In this document: positions 12,079 to 23,024 of the stretch, piece after piece
Layout of the letters: every line of letters begins with the position of its first letter
Position numbering within the stretch: position 1 is the stretch's first letter
Source of the DNA: Isurus oxyrinchus
Lineage: Eukaryota
Reading direction: 5' to 3'
Assembly: GCA_026770705.1 (NCBI GenBank)
Contig: JANJGN010000007.1
Location: 109,616,001 to 109,680,000 of the forward strand
Length of the DNA: 64,000 nt
Position numbers and translations under genes: made by a program
Notes under the pieces: generated by a model
Seen by the model: only the letters and a program-made list of their open reading frames with translations
Told to the model about the DNA's origin: nothing
The model's database searches: none

Positions 12079-13800
12079 TGAGTTCGAGTCCAAGAAAGAG
12101 TTGAAATATAAGCTGTTTTAAGTTGTGTGTGTGGGGGGCGGAGAGAGAGAGAGAGAGAGAGAGAGAGGTGGAGTGGGGGTGTGGTTGTAGGGACAAACAA
12201 GCAGTGATAGAAGCAGATCATCAAAAGATGTCAACAACAATAATACAAAAGAACACATAGGTGTTAAAGTTAAAGTTGGTGATATTATCTAAACGAATGT
12301 GCTAATTAAGAATGGATGGTAGGGCACTCAAGGCATAGCTCTAGTGGGGGTGGGCAGAGCATAAAAGATATAAAAAAAATAAAAAAAATAAATATTTTTT
12401 TTTTCTTTTTCTCTTTTTATAATGGAAATAGGTGGGAAAAGAAAAATCTATATAATTTATTGGAAGAAAAAGAGAAAAGGAAGGGGGAAACAGAAAGGGG
12501 GTGGGGATGGGAGAGGGAGCTCACAACCTAAAGTTGTTGAATTCAATATTCAGTCCGGATGGCTGTAAAGTGCCTAGTCGGAAGATGAGGTGTTGTTCCT
12601 CCAGTTTGCGTTGGGCTTCACTGGAACAACGCAGCAAGCCAAGGACAGACATGTGGGCAAGAGAGCAGGGTGGAGTGTTAAAATGGCAAGCGACAGGGAG
12701 GTTTGGGTCATTCTTGCGGACAGACCGCAGGTGTTCTGCAAAGCGGTCGCCCAGTTTACGTCTGGTCTCTGCAATGTAGAGGAGACCACATTGGGAGCAA
12801 CGAATGCAGTAGACTAAGTTGGGGGAAGTGCAAGTGAAATGCTGCTTCACTTGAAAGGAGTGTTTGTGTCCTTGGACGGTGAGGAGAGAGGAAGAGAAGG
12901 GGCAGGTATTGCATCTTTTGCGTGGGCATGGGGTGGTGCCATAGGAGGGGGTTGAGGAGTAGGGAGTGATGGAGGAGATGGAGGACACCCTGGTCCAGTC
13001 CTCCATCACCCCCTACTCCTCAACCCCCTCCTATGGCACCACCCCATGCCCATGCAAAAGATGCAATACCTGCCCCTTCACTTCCTCTCTCCTCACTGTC
13101 CAAGGACCCAAACACTCCTTTCAAGTGAAGCAGAATTTCACTTGCATTTCCCCCAACTTAGTCTACTGCATTCGTTGCTCCCAATGTGGTGTCCTCTACA
13201 TTGGAGAGACCAAACGTAAACTGGGCGACCGCTTTGCAGAACACCTGCGGTCTGTCCGCAAGAATGACCCAAACCTCCCTGTCGCTTGCCATTTTAACAC
13301 TCCACCCTGCTCTCTTGCCCACATGTCTGTCCTTGGCTTGCTGCATTGTTCCAGTGAAGCCCAACGCAAACTGGAGGAACAACACCTCATCTTCCGACTA
13401 GGCACTTTACAGCCATCCGGACTGAATATTGAATTCAACAACTTTAGGTTGTGAGCTCCCTCCACCATCCCCACCCCCTTTCTGTTTCCCCCTTCCTTTT
13501 CTCTTTTTTTTCCAATAAATTATATAGATTTTCCTTTTCCCACCTATTTCCATTATAAAAAGAGAAAAAGAAAAAAAATATTTATTTTTTTTTTATTTTT
13601 TACATCTTTTATGCTCTCCCCACCCCCACTGGAGCTATACCTTGAGTGCCCTACCATCCATTCTTAATTAGCACATTCATTTAGATAATATCACCAACTT
13701 TAACTTTAACACCTATGTGTTCTTTTGTATTATTTTTGTTGACATCTTTTGATGATCTGCTTCTATCACTGCTTGTTTGGAACAACCACACCCCCACTCC

Positions 13801-13803
<3 letters not shown>

Positions 13804-13848
<45 letters not shown>
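13804..13848 (+). repeat. (CT)n microsatellite in the Penelope 3' region; shorter (GA)n mirror at ~12141-12167
   Basis: Direct reading of the sequence. Confidence 0.95.
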
Positions 13849-13851
<3 letters not shown>

Positions 13852-13909
13852 CCCCACACACACACCTTAAACCAGCTTATATTTCAACTCTTTCTTGGAC
13901 TCAAACTCA

Positions 13910-13948
13910 AGTTCTGTCGAAGGGTCATGAGGACTCGAAACGTCAACT
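13910..13948 (+). ncRNA. Minimal type I hammerhead-ribozyme-like motif in the Penelope pLTR
   Basis: Stem I AGTT/AACT, core CTGTCGA, stem II GGGTC/GACTC, GAAA, palindromic ACGT stem III, cleavage triplet GUC. Confidence 0.7.
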
Positions 13949-14239
13949 CTTTTCTTCTCCGCCGATGCTGCCAGACCTGCTGAGTTTTTCCAGGTAATTC
14001 TGTTTTTGTTTTTGTTCTGGAGAAGTATAGCTCCAACAATATTCAAGAAACTCAACACCATCCAGGACAATGCAATCTGCTTGATTGGCACCTCATCCAC
14101 CACATTCAACATTCCTTCCCTCCACCATCAACACACAGTGGTAGCAGGGTGTACCATCTACAAGATGCACTGCACAAACTCATCAAGGATCCTTCCGCAA
14201 CACCATCTAAACCTGTGACCTCTACCAGGTCACAGCTAA

Positions 14240-15545
14240 TCTATTATTCGGAATCTATTATAAGGAAACTTTAGCAATGCGCTTAGCAAAGCATAGCATG
14301 GTTAGAGCAAGTCAACATGGTTTTATGAAAGGGAAATCCTTTTTAACAAATTTATCAGCATTTTTGAGGATGTAACTAGTAGGGTAAATGAAGTGAAACC
14401 AGTATATGTCATATACTGTGATTTCCAAAAGGCGTTTAATAAGGTCCATACAAAAGGTTAATAGGCAATGGCTCATGGAGTTTGGGGCAATATATGGCAA
14501 TGGATAAAGGGTTGGTTAATGGACAGGAAGCAAAGAATAGGTGTAAATGGGCCATTTTCAGGTTGGCAGACTGATTCATGGAGCACCGCAAGGATCAGGG
14601 CTAGGGCCTCAGCTATATACAATCTATACTCTCTTCATCTAAGTCATTAATACTGTGTCTAAGTTTACTGATGTTACAAAGCTCGGTAAGAAGGTAATCA
14701 AATGGAGAGGACATAGAGAGGCTGCAAAGAGAGAAAGACAGCTTAAGTGAGTAAAAAACAAGGTGGTTGATGGAGTATAATGTGGAGAAGTGTGGTCATA
14801 AGAATAGGAAAGCAGGAAATATTTTGAAAAATATGAAATTTGTAAATGTTGACGTTCAGCAAAGCGTGGATGTGCTTGTACAAGGGATGCAGAAAGGTAC
14901 AGCAAGCATTTAGGAAGGTAAATGGTATATTGGCCTTCATTGATAGGTGATTGGAGTATTGGAATAAAGAAGTCTTGCTACAATTGTATAGGACTTTGGA
15001 GAGACCCTATCTGGAACACTGTGTGCAGCTTTCATCTCCATATTTAAGGAATTTAAGGTGTTGCATCAGAGGCACTACCAAGAAGGTTCACTAGATTAGC
15101 CCCTAGGATGAAAGGTTGTCCTATGATAAGGAACTGAGTAAACTGGGCTTATATTCCCTGGAATTTGGAAGAATGAGAGGCAACTCATTGAAACATACAA
15201 GAAACTGAAGGAGGCTTGATAGGATAGATGACGAGAGATTTTTTCCCACTGGTCAAGAAATCTAAAGCATAAGCGGCACAGTCTCAGGACAAAAGGCGGC
15301 TCATTTAGGACTGAGATGAGGAGAAATGGTTGTGAATCTTTGGAATTCTCTACCCCAGAGGGCTGTGGATGATCCAACATTGAATACATTTAAGGCTGGG
15401 TAGACAGATCTTTGGTCTCTCAGGGAACCCAGGGATAGGGGGAACAGATGGGAAAGTAAAGTTGAAGCCCAAGGTCAGCCAAGTCATATTCAATGGCAGT
15501 GCAGGCTCAATGGGCTGTATGGTACACTCCTGCTCCTCTTTCATT
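14240..15545 (+). mobile_element. CR1 LINE 3' fragment, decayed
   Basis: QHGFMKGKS, DFQKAFNKV and WIKGWLMDRKQRI remnants plus a CR1 3' tail. Confidence 0.8.
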
Positions 15546-16044
15546 TTCTTAATTGGAGGCCTGTGGGTTGCTGGCTGCTCACCCCCTCACCATCACTTTC
15601 AAAATTGAGGCACAATCCTGAGGCATTGGAAGGTTGACACACCAGCTGGGAGTACCATTTTCAAAGTGCACCCACAACCAATATTGCTCCAATGGGCGAT
15701 TCAAAATCCAACCCTCTGAATTGTATCACATTACTGTAGAGAGACGGAGGAGCTTTATCTGGCTTTAAATATTCTATACCTAATCTGGAAGTTCTTAGTG
15801 CCTAGAAAGGAAGTGTTCCAATCTGCAAAATTAACATTGTTCACCTTGATGAACTCAAAAGTAAATTGCATAAAATATCATCTAAGAATTGAAGTAGAAT
15901 TTTTCATCCTAAAGTTTACTTATTGCAGATTAATAAATTAGTTCACATATCCTTTCAATCTGTTATCATTTCTATATTTGTATAATTGATGAATATTAAC
16001 TCACGAAGTCCAACCATTAATGTAGTGAGGTGGCTCCTCCTTAC

Positions 16045-16164
16045 CTTTAGATTTTTTGCAACAGCAGAATTTACAACAAAGTGCCAATGCAATAATTAGA
16101 AGCAGTAAAGCTATTGCTCCACAGAGGTAGATCCACCAAGGAAAAATGGGATTGGATTCATTTT
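16045..16164 (-). CDS. Gene A exon 4: stalk, transmembrane helix and Cys/Lys-rich juxtamembrane segment
   Basis: Acceptor GTCTTGCAG| and donor AAAG|GTAAGG; 120 nt, phase 1-1. WWIYLCGAIALLLLIIALAL followed by CCKFCCCKKSK. The same exon is conserved in copy B. Confidence 0.9.
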
Positions 16165-17129
16165 CTGCAAGACACATGCAAAACAAAAACATAGTCATTC
16201 ACTTTCAGAAGTACGTTAGCAGGTTCTTAGACCCCAGCTCTTTCTCATGGCTCTATATGGGTGATGTTATGAATGTACACTTCCTGCACAAATACAGAAT
16301 ACCAATCTTCACACCCAATATTCCAATTACTGCTCTTGGGCCATAAAAGATTTGAATCATGACTGTCAAACCCATAAACGTACACTTCATGAGGTGTAAT
16401 GAGTGTGAGAATGTCAAACTTGTTCCTGGTTGGTGTGGGCTAAATCTGTCCACGATTAAGTCCAGGTTAGGTTTTATCAATTAAACAAGGTTGGCTAATA
16501 GAAGTGAACAAATGGCATAGGTATAGTTGATGGTGCTCTCATAAAGATGATGTTAAAAGCATTTACTCTGCATCTTACGCATGTAGAGTTGAAGCCCAAG
16601 ATCAGCCATGATAACAATGAATGGTGGCACAGGCTCAATGGGCTGCATAGTCTACTACAGCTCCTATTTTGTGCGTTTTTGTGTTCTTAATTGGACTCAG
16701 AAGTGTTTGAAGCTCTAACAAAGAAAATATTCTTCTCCGCAGCATTTGCCTTGGTGTAGATCAAAATAAAGCTCCGCCAGACATAATTTTTAAAAATGAT
16801 ATGTCCAACATAAAGCAGCAATAAAAGATTTTTACACTGGGGGAAACACATTTGTAAAAATGCAGCAACAACTTCATAAATGTTTGTGAACACTTTTGCT
16901 CCTATTTCCAAAGAAATTATAAATATGCTGGTAAAGAACACAGTTTACTTAGAAATGCTGAAGAGAGTAGATCTTTAAACATGAATTTATTGCTTGAACT
17001 CTTGCTACAATATCTCAGTTTGCACATATTTCAAAAGTCAAATGTTGAATCTTTAACTCTTTATATAGAAATCACATGAATAATTAGGATAATTGGCATC
17101 CATTTGTTTCTGTCTATCCTGCTTAATGA

Positions 17130-17410
17130 AAGAACTTACGTTTACATAAATATGCGTCACACCCTTGGTCAATCCTGAAGTGCCTTACAACCAGCTTAGT
17201 ACATTTTAAAGTGTAGTTATCGTAATAATGTTGGAAACATGCAGCCAATTTGTGTACAGCAAGGTCCCACAAACACCAATGAAATAAATGACTGCTTCAT
17301 CTGTTTCAGTAACGTTAGTTGAGATAAATGATGGCCAGGACATTGAGAGATCTACCCTGCTCTTCTTTCAAAAGTGTCAAGGAATATTTCACGACCACCT
17401 GAGAGGACAG
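17130..17410 (-). mobile_element. SacSINE1/DeuSINE-like element (paralog 55680-55960)
   Basis: GCAGCCAATTTGTGTACAGCAAGGTCCCACAAAC...GGCCAGGACA...CCTGCTCTTCTT...CCACCTGAGAGG resembles the common shark SINE; recognised from memory. Confidence 0.6.
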
Positions 17411-17954
17411 ATTAAGTTGCCTGTCTCCTGTGGGTTAAATAATTGGTGACAGACAGTGTCTAAACTTACATGTTGATGAGGTACTGGGGATGTGGTAGAT
17501 GTCTGTCTGTTAGAAGAGGACGGAGGAGAAAGGCAGGAACAACATGAGGTTACTGCCAATGGGAATGCATTCTATCTTTTACTTATTAGGTTATCTGCTC
17601 TAAGACCCCTTTGTCCTACAAGAATTAGTGTGCATCAAACAGTGAAGCCGCTGGTCAGCAAGGTATCACTGCTTGCTCATGTCACTGAAATGTGAAAGGC
17701 AGAGTTCTGCAAACACTCTAAAACTTATGAAGGGCCATCAACCACTGATCTCCACTAACAAGTAACTTTCTGGCGACTTGAAAACAATTGGTGGGATAGT
17801 GAGACAACCGTGTTTCTTAGTTATTCTCACTCTAACTTTAATCTTTCATAATTACTATCCACAAATTGCCATGTTATTGCTGTATTGTAGCCCTCAGAAC
17901 ATATCATCTGAGATCTGTACTTCAATCATACAAAACGGCAGGCTGTGGCAATGA

Positions 17955-18100
17955 GCAATGGTAGTATAGTGGAGAAGCAACCCATAAGCATGGACTAATG
18001 ATCCAGACACAAGAGTTCAAAATACCACAACAGAAGCTGGAAAATTTAAATTCATTTAATTAATTAAATCTAGAATCAATGATGGTGACCATGTAACTCC
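17955..18100 (+). mobile_element. HE1-like SINE, 5' part only (truncated at ~18100)
   Basis: tRNA-like head (TGGTAGTATAGTGG...GGACTAATGATCCAGA...GAGTTCAAAATACCAC); the paralog at 56505-56890 is complete. Confidence 0.6.
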
Positions 18101-18258
18101 TGTGTTGACTTAAATTGTTAGTTTGGGGTTTTTTGCCCTTTTATGTCTTCTGTCTTTTCACTCATGTTCAGTCAAAAAGTCCCAAATTTAAATCATAATC
18201 TGTGTTAGGCTAGCCAGAGGGAGCAACTGTTGATGTGCTGCAAGTGGTCTTAATACTA

Positions 18259-19907
18259 ATATACTGGGACATGGGCCCCAGTTATGCCTGTCCCTTTATG
18301 GGGTATGTGGAACATTCCTTGTTCCAGTTCCTACTCTGGCCCCCTCCCATAACTCTTTCTCCGGTACATCAATGACTGCTTCGGTGCCGCTTCATGCTCT
18401 CTTCTGGATCTGGAAAAATTTATTAATTTTGTTTCTAATTTCCAGCCCCCCACCCCCCATCATTTTCATGTGGTCCATCACTGACATTTCCCTTCCCTTC
18501 CTTGACCTCAGTCTCAATTTCTGGTGATAGACTGTCCACCAATATTCATTACAAGCCTACCGACTCCCACTGCTATCTTGACTCACACCCCACTTCCTGT
18601 AAGGAGTCCATCCCATTCTTTCAGTTCCTTCGCCTCCGTTGCAACTGGTCTGATGATGCCACTTTCCAAAACAGTTCCTGTGAATGTCTTTCTTCTTCCT
18701 TAACTGAGGTTTTCCAACCATGGTGGTTGACAGGGCCCTCAACCGTGTCCAGCCCATCTTCTGAGCATCCGCCCTATCACCTTCCTCTCACTCCCAGAAC
18801 CATGATAGGGTCCCCCTCGTCTGCACTTATTATCCCACCAGTCTCCACGTTCAAAGGATCATCCTCTGCCATTTCCACCAACTCCAGCATGATTCCACTA
18901 CCAAATACATCTTCCCTTCACCCTCCGCTGGTGGCTTTCCACAGGGATCATTCCCTCCAGGATACCCTGGTCCACTCCTCCATCACCACCTACACCTCAA
19001 CCCCCTCCCACAGCACCTTCCCATGCAACCACAGAAGGTGCAACACCTGCCCCTTTACTTCCCCTTTCCTCACCGTCCAAGGGCCCAAACATTCCTTTCA
19101 AGTGAAGCAGCACTTCACTTGCACTTCCCTCAATTTAGTCTACTGCATTCGATGCTCCCAATGTGTTCTCCTCTACATTGGAGAGACCAAATGCAGACTG
19201 TCCAAGGGCATGACCCAGACCTCCCTGTCGCTTGCCATTTCAACACAGCACCCTGCTTTCATGCCCACATGTCCGTCCTTGGCTTGCTGCATTGTTCCAG
19301 TGAAGCTCAATGCAAACTGGAGGAACAGCACCTCATCTTCCGACTCGGCACTTTGCAGCCAAACTTAATATTGAGTTCAACAATTTCAGATCATGAACTC
19401 TCTCCTCCATCCCCACCCCCTTTCCGATCCCTCCCTTTTCCAATAATTTATAGTTTTTTTTAATTATAATTTTTTTGTTTTTTTATACACTATTTTTCCT
19501 TTTCCCTCCTATTTTTAAATTTATTTTGATCTATTGTTTCAGCTTCCACCTTTTAGCCCATTTTGATCCCTTCCCCCCACCCCACCCGCACTAGGGCCAT
19601 CTGCCACTAGCTTGTCCTGTTTGCTACCCTCACTGTCCCCATTAGCACACCTTTTAGATAATACCACCACCATCAACACTCCTTTGTCCTTTTGTCTATG
19701 ACATCTTTGGCAGTCTCTTCTTGGCTTCCACCTATCACTGGCCCTCTGTCGAGTTCTCCTGTCCCACCCCCTTCTTCTAACTTATATTTCATCTCATTTC
19801 TGTATGTCTTAGTTCTGATGAAGGGTCATCCAAACTCGAAAGGTCAACTGTGTCCCTCTCCACAGATACTGACAGACCTGCTGAGTTTTTCCAGGTATTT
19901 TTGTTTT
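18259..19907 (+). mobile_element. Older 5'-truncated Penelope-like retroelement (RT C-terminus, GIY-YIG, pLTR), frameshifted
   Basis: MGPSYAC...RYIND (YIDD-like), LPFLD...HYKPTD, NLVYCIRC...LYIGETK; 14-bp TSD TGGTCTTAATACTA at 18245-18258 and 19908-19921. Confidence 0.92.
19811..19849 (+). ncRNA. Hammerhead-ribozyme-like motif with canonical CUGAUGA core, decayed stems
   Basis: AGTT-CTGATGA-AGGGTCATCCAAACTC-GAAA-GGTC-AACT. Confidence 0.6.
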
Positions 19908-20350
19908 TGGTCTTAATACTAGTCTTCTAAGGAGAATAAAAGAACAGATCAGCCAAAATGCCTAATTGATTTCCATTAACAATTACATGTGTACGTGCAT
20001 GTGGGCATGCATATGTGTCCTGATCACACATGAAGAACAAGCAATTAAGTGAGGTACTATGAGATTACGTCAGCAAGGCTCAAGGCACTGAGGAAAGGAA
20101 CAGAGAGAACAAAGGAAAACATTGCATAAAATTAAGTTTTAAAAGTTGTGTAAAATCATATCACTGAGCTCAGCAGATGCAGCTGATGGACTGTGTGAGT
20201 CTGAACCAGCTCCACCGAGTTCACAATAACTGAAAAATCACCAGCACTGCACTTACTGCCTTCCTGGCATCACCGTGAAAATATTTCCTACCAATAGCAG
20301 TGAAACCACAATATACAATGTTTTCACAATTAAATAGGTTTTGTTCCTAC

Positions 20351-20647
20351 CTGCAAAGCGAACAGTGTAATTGACCCAAGTTGGAACCTTGAGAGTCGAG
20401 TGATATACCTCACAGATAAAAACAGTCCCACTCTGAGGAGGCTGTGGCTCTTCCAAATAACTGGAAGCTTCATATAGTCCCTTAGCATTCTTCTCGCTGG
20501 ATGTCTTGACTCCAGCTGTAACTTTTTGACCATCTTTATGCCAAACAATGGTGACATCAGCAGGATAGAACTCAGATGTTTTACACAAACACGTTAGAGA
20601 GCCATTTGCAGAAAAGTTTGGCAAAATCGTCAGAGGATGTGGAGAAG
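20351..20647 (-). CDS. Gene A exon 3: C1-set Ig domain
   Basis: Acceptor TTTATCTCTAG| and donor GCAG|GTAGGA; 297 nt, phase 1-1. C1 hallmarks: CxxxxFYPxxVxIxW, GLYEASSYL and F-x-C-x-V-x-H (FICEVYH). Confidence 0.93.
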
Positions 20648-20722
20648 CTAGAGATAAATTAAAAAACAACAAATTTCTGAATTTCCAAGTTGGATACGAT
20701 ATACTGATATATTCCTCTTGGA

Positions 20723-20904
20723 CAAAAACAGAATTACCTAGAAAAACTCAGCAGGTCTGACAGCATCGGCGGAGAAAAAAAGAGTTGACATTTCGAGTCC
20801 TCATGACCCTTCGACAGAACTGTCGGATGCTGTCAGACCTGCTGAGTTTTTCCAGGTAATTCTGTTTTTGTTTTGGATTTCCAGCATCCGCAGTTTTTTG
20901 TTTT
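20723..20904. mobile_element. Mini Penelope-like insertion with a 13-bp TSD, ~75 nt upstream of the C1 exon acceptor
   Basis: Inverted pLTR ends; TSD TATTCCTCTTGGA at 20710-20722 and 20905-20917; hammerhead motif on the minus strand at ~20783-20821. Confidence 0.88.
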
Positions 20905-22024
20905 TATTCCTCTTGGATATCATTTCACAATATTGCAGTTGTGCTTTACCTATGAGTATTAACTGTTCCGTAGTTCATCGAAACTGCATTCTGGCTGTCA
21001 ATTATGTTGCATCAATTTTCAGAGCTGGGCAACTGAGAACAAGCAAAAATGAGAGACATGGCGTGTTCACAACACATTGCCATGCAATAACACTGCATAC
21101 AAAAATGTAGGTTATCCAAGAATTTATTCGATGAATATGTTGTTTGTTGGTTCAATCTCTGGTCTGCTCTGGATTAACCAGTCTCATTTATGCATAATTA
21201 AAATTTGGCTCAGCATCCCAGAGCTAGGTAGAGAAAATTAAATCAGCCCATGTTTCAAATTGCTACCTAACAGTGCCTGTGGAAATGTCACGTGAGAACA
21301 TCAGTCCAGGCTACAATTGGGTTTAATTGCAATGTTTCATGAAACTCATTGCCCAGGCTAACACATTGGATATTTAAGCAAAATTGCTGTTCAACAGATA
21401 AAAGAGAGGGAGCTGAATGATAATGGTAAATGATGTAAACTACTTGTGTACAATGTGACATTTCACTTTGCTAAATTTGTAAAAAAAAAATGCAGAGCTT
21501 TGGGGAAAGGGCAGGGGAGCAGGAGTTGCTCTTGCAGAGAGCTGGCACAGACACAAAGGGCTGAATGGCATCCTTTTGTGCGACAACCATTTTATGATTC
21601 TATTCTGTTGCTATAAATTTGTATTAGCTAGGATCAAGAAAAATTTTAACCTAATTATGACTTTTTTCCAGAATACTGTTTCAACAAGAATAATAATTGC
21701 CAATTTTAATAGAAGACTCAGCACCACAATCTACAGCACAGAACAGATAATTCGACCAAGCTAGTCTATGCTGGTGTTTATACACCAAACAATCCACTTC
21801 CCATGCTACCTAATATCTCTCTATTCCCTTCTTCATTTGTTCATCAAGTCTTCCTTAAAAGGTGACGATGCAATCTTCTTTAAACACTAATAGATTTAGC
21901 TCTTACACGGTTGTGGGGGAGGAAAATTGCTGGTTACTCTGCATAGCAACAGTTTAAGTGCATTCATGTGGGTCAATTTAATATAAATACGTTAAATCAT
22001 TTACACATTATTGCACAGTACAGC

Positions 22025-22330
22025 TTCAAGACTTAACATTACAGTTAGGAGCAGGAGACCACCAGATGATCCCTCAGGCTTGCTCTTCCATTAAATAAAA
22101 CAATGGTTGTTCTGATTTCAATTCCACTTTCCAGCCTGCTCCTTATTACCTTGACCTCCCTATAGTTCATGAATTTGTCTGTCTCAGCCTTGAATATATT
22201 CAATGACTTAGCTTCCACCGCTGTCTGATGTAGAGAATTCCAAAGATTCATGAATTTGAGAGAAGAAATTCCTCCTCAGCTTCATCCTAAATGGACAACA
22301 CCTTATTGTGAAATTGAATCTCTAATTATA
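22025..22330 (-). mobile_element. CR1 3' tail fragment (paralog 57365-57670)
   Basis: NLWNSL...AVEAKSLNIFKAETDKF. Confidence 0.7.
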
Positions 22331-23024
22331 GATTCTCCTTTAAGGGGAAAGAATTCTCTTGGTTAAAGTTTATAGTAAAATTCTAAATGTGTTCTTTCCA
22401 ATTTCACTAGAATCTCCATTCACAGGAAATCTTTATGACTATGTTTACATGGTGTAACATAAAACCATAGTAATTTTCATTCCTCCTGATGTGTTCTAGC
22501 AGACATTTTAACAAAAAAATGCAACTAAGACAGATTTTTCACCGAATTTTTACATTTTCATATTAAGTTTATCTTTCTGCTTCATATCACTGTGTTCAGG
22601 GACATGCAAGCATAATTAAAATGCAAATACTTAAATTCATTTTCATTTAAACATTCACAAAACTGGTGAGAAATGGTCTCAAAGCAGGGAAAAATGTGGA
22701 ATTTTAACTTGCACTGCCTAAGTGAAACTACATTTGGCTATGCTACACCTGACCTGGGAGGTGCATCCTCCCAAACGGAGAGACAGAGGGCTAACACTGG
22801 GTGTCCAAATGGGACAATTTGCATTCTGCAGCATTAACCTTAAAGAGCATTTTTTCTTTTAAAATCACAAAAAGAAGCTGTGATGTTATTTACTGTCAGG
22901 AGCTAAACCATAAAAAACAGTTCCATCTGATTGTTTCCTTTGTCAGATGAAATGCACATCACTATTAAAGTTGAACTTCCATTTACATAGCCTCTTTTAC
23001 AATGCCACAGCAAGTTCCTATAAA

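Larger units (their letters stand above)
11935..14016. mobile_element. Penelope-like retroelement inserted as a ~2.1 kb inverted duplication (GIY-YIG 3' end plus pLTR on both arms)
   Basis: Mirror ORFs 12521-13009(-) and 12966-13454(+) encode CxxxxCxxC...NLVYCIRCSQCG.LYIGETKRKLGDRFAEH...GLN (GIY-YIG endonuclease). 14-bp TSD CTGGAGAAGTATAG at 11921-11934 and 14017-14030; the empty site is present in copy B (48737-48750). Confidence 0.95.
11385..14230 (+). mobile_element. Decayed CR1 LINE fragment split by the Penelope palindrome (unsplit paralog 48200-48950)
   Basis: FVDD-like RT remnant, DQKLNW and MEYPPLAW; resumes at 14017 with KKLNTIQD. Confidence 0.75.

Noticed and set aside
12521-13454. 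Two 162-aa GIY-YIG ORFs as a divergent host gene pair
   Set aside because: They are mirror images from one inverted Penelope insertion; their start codons come from the inversion junction and there is no RT.
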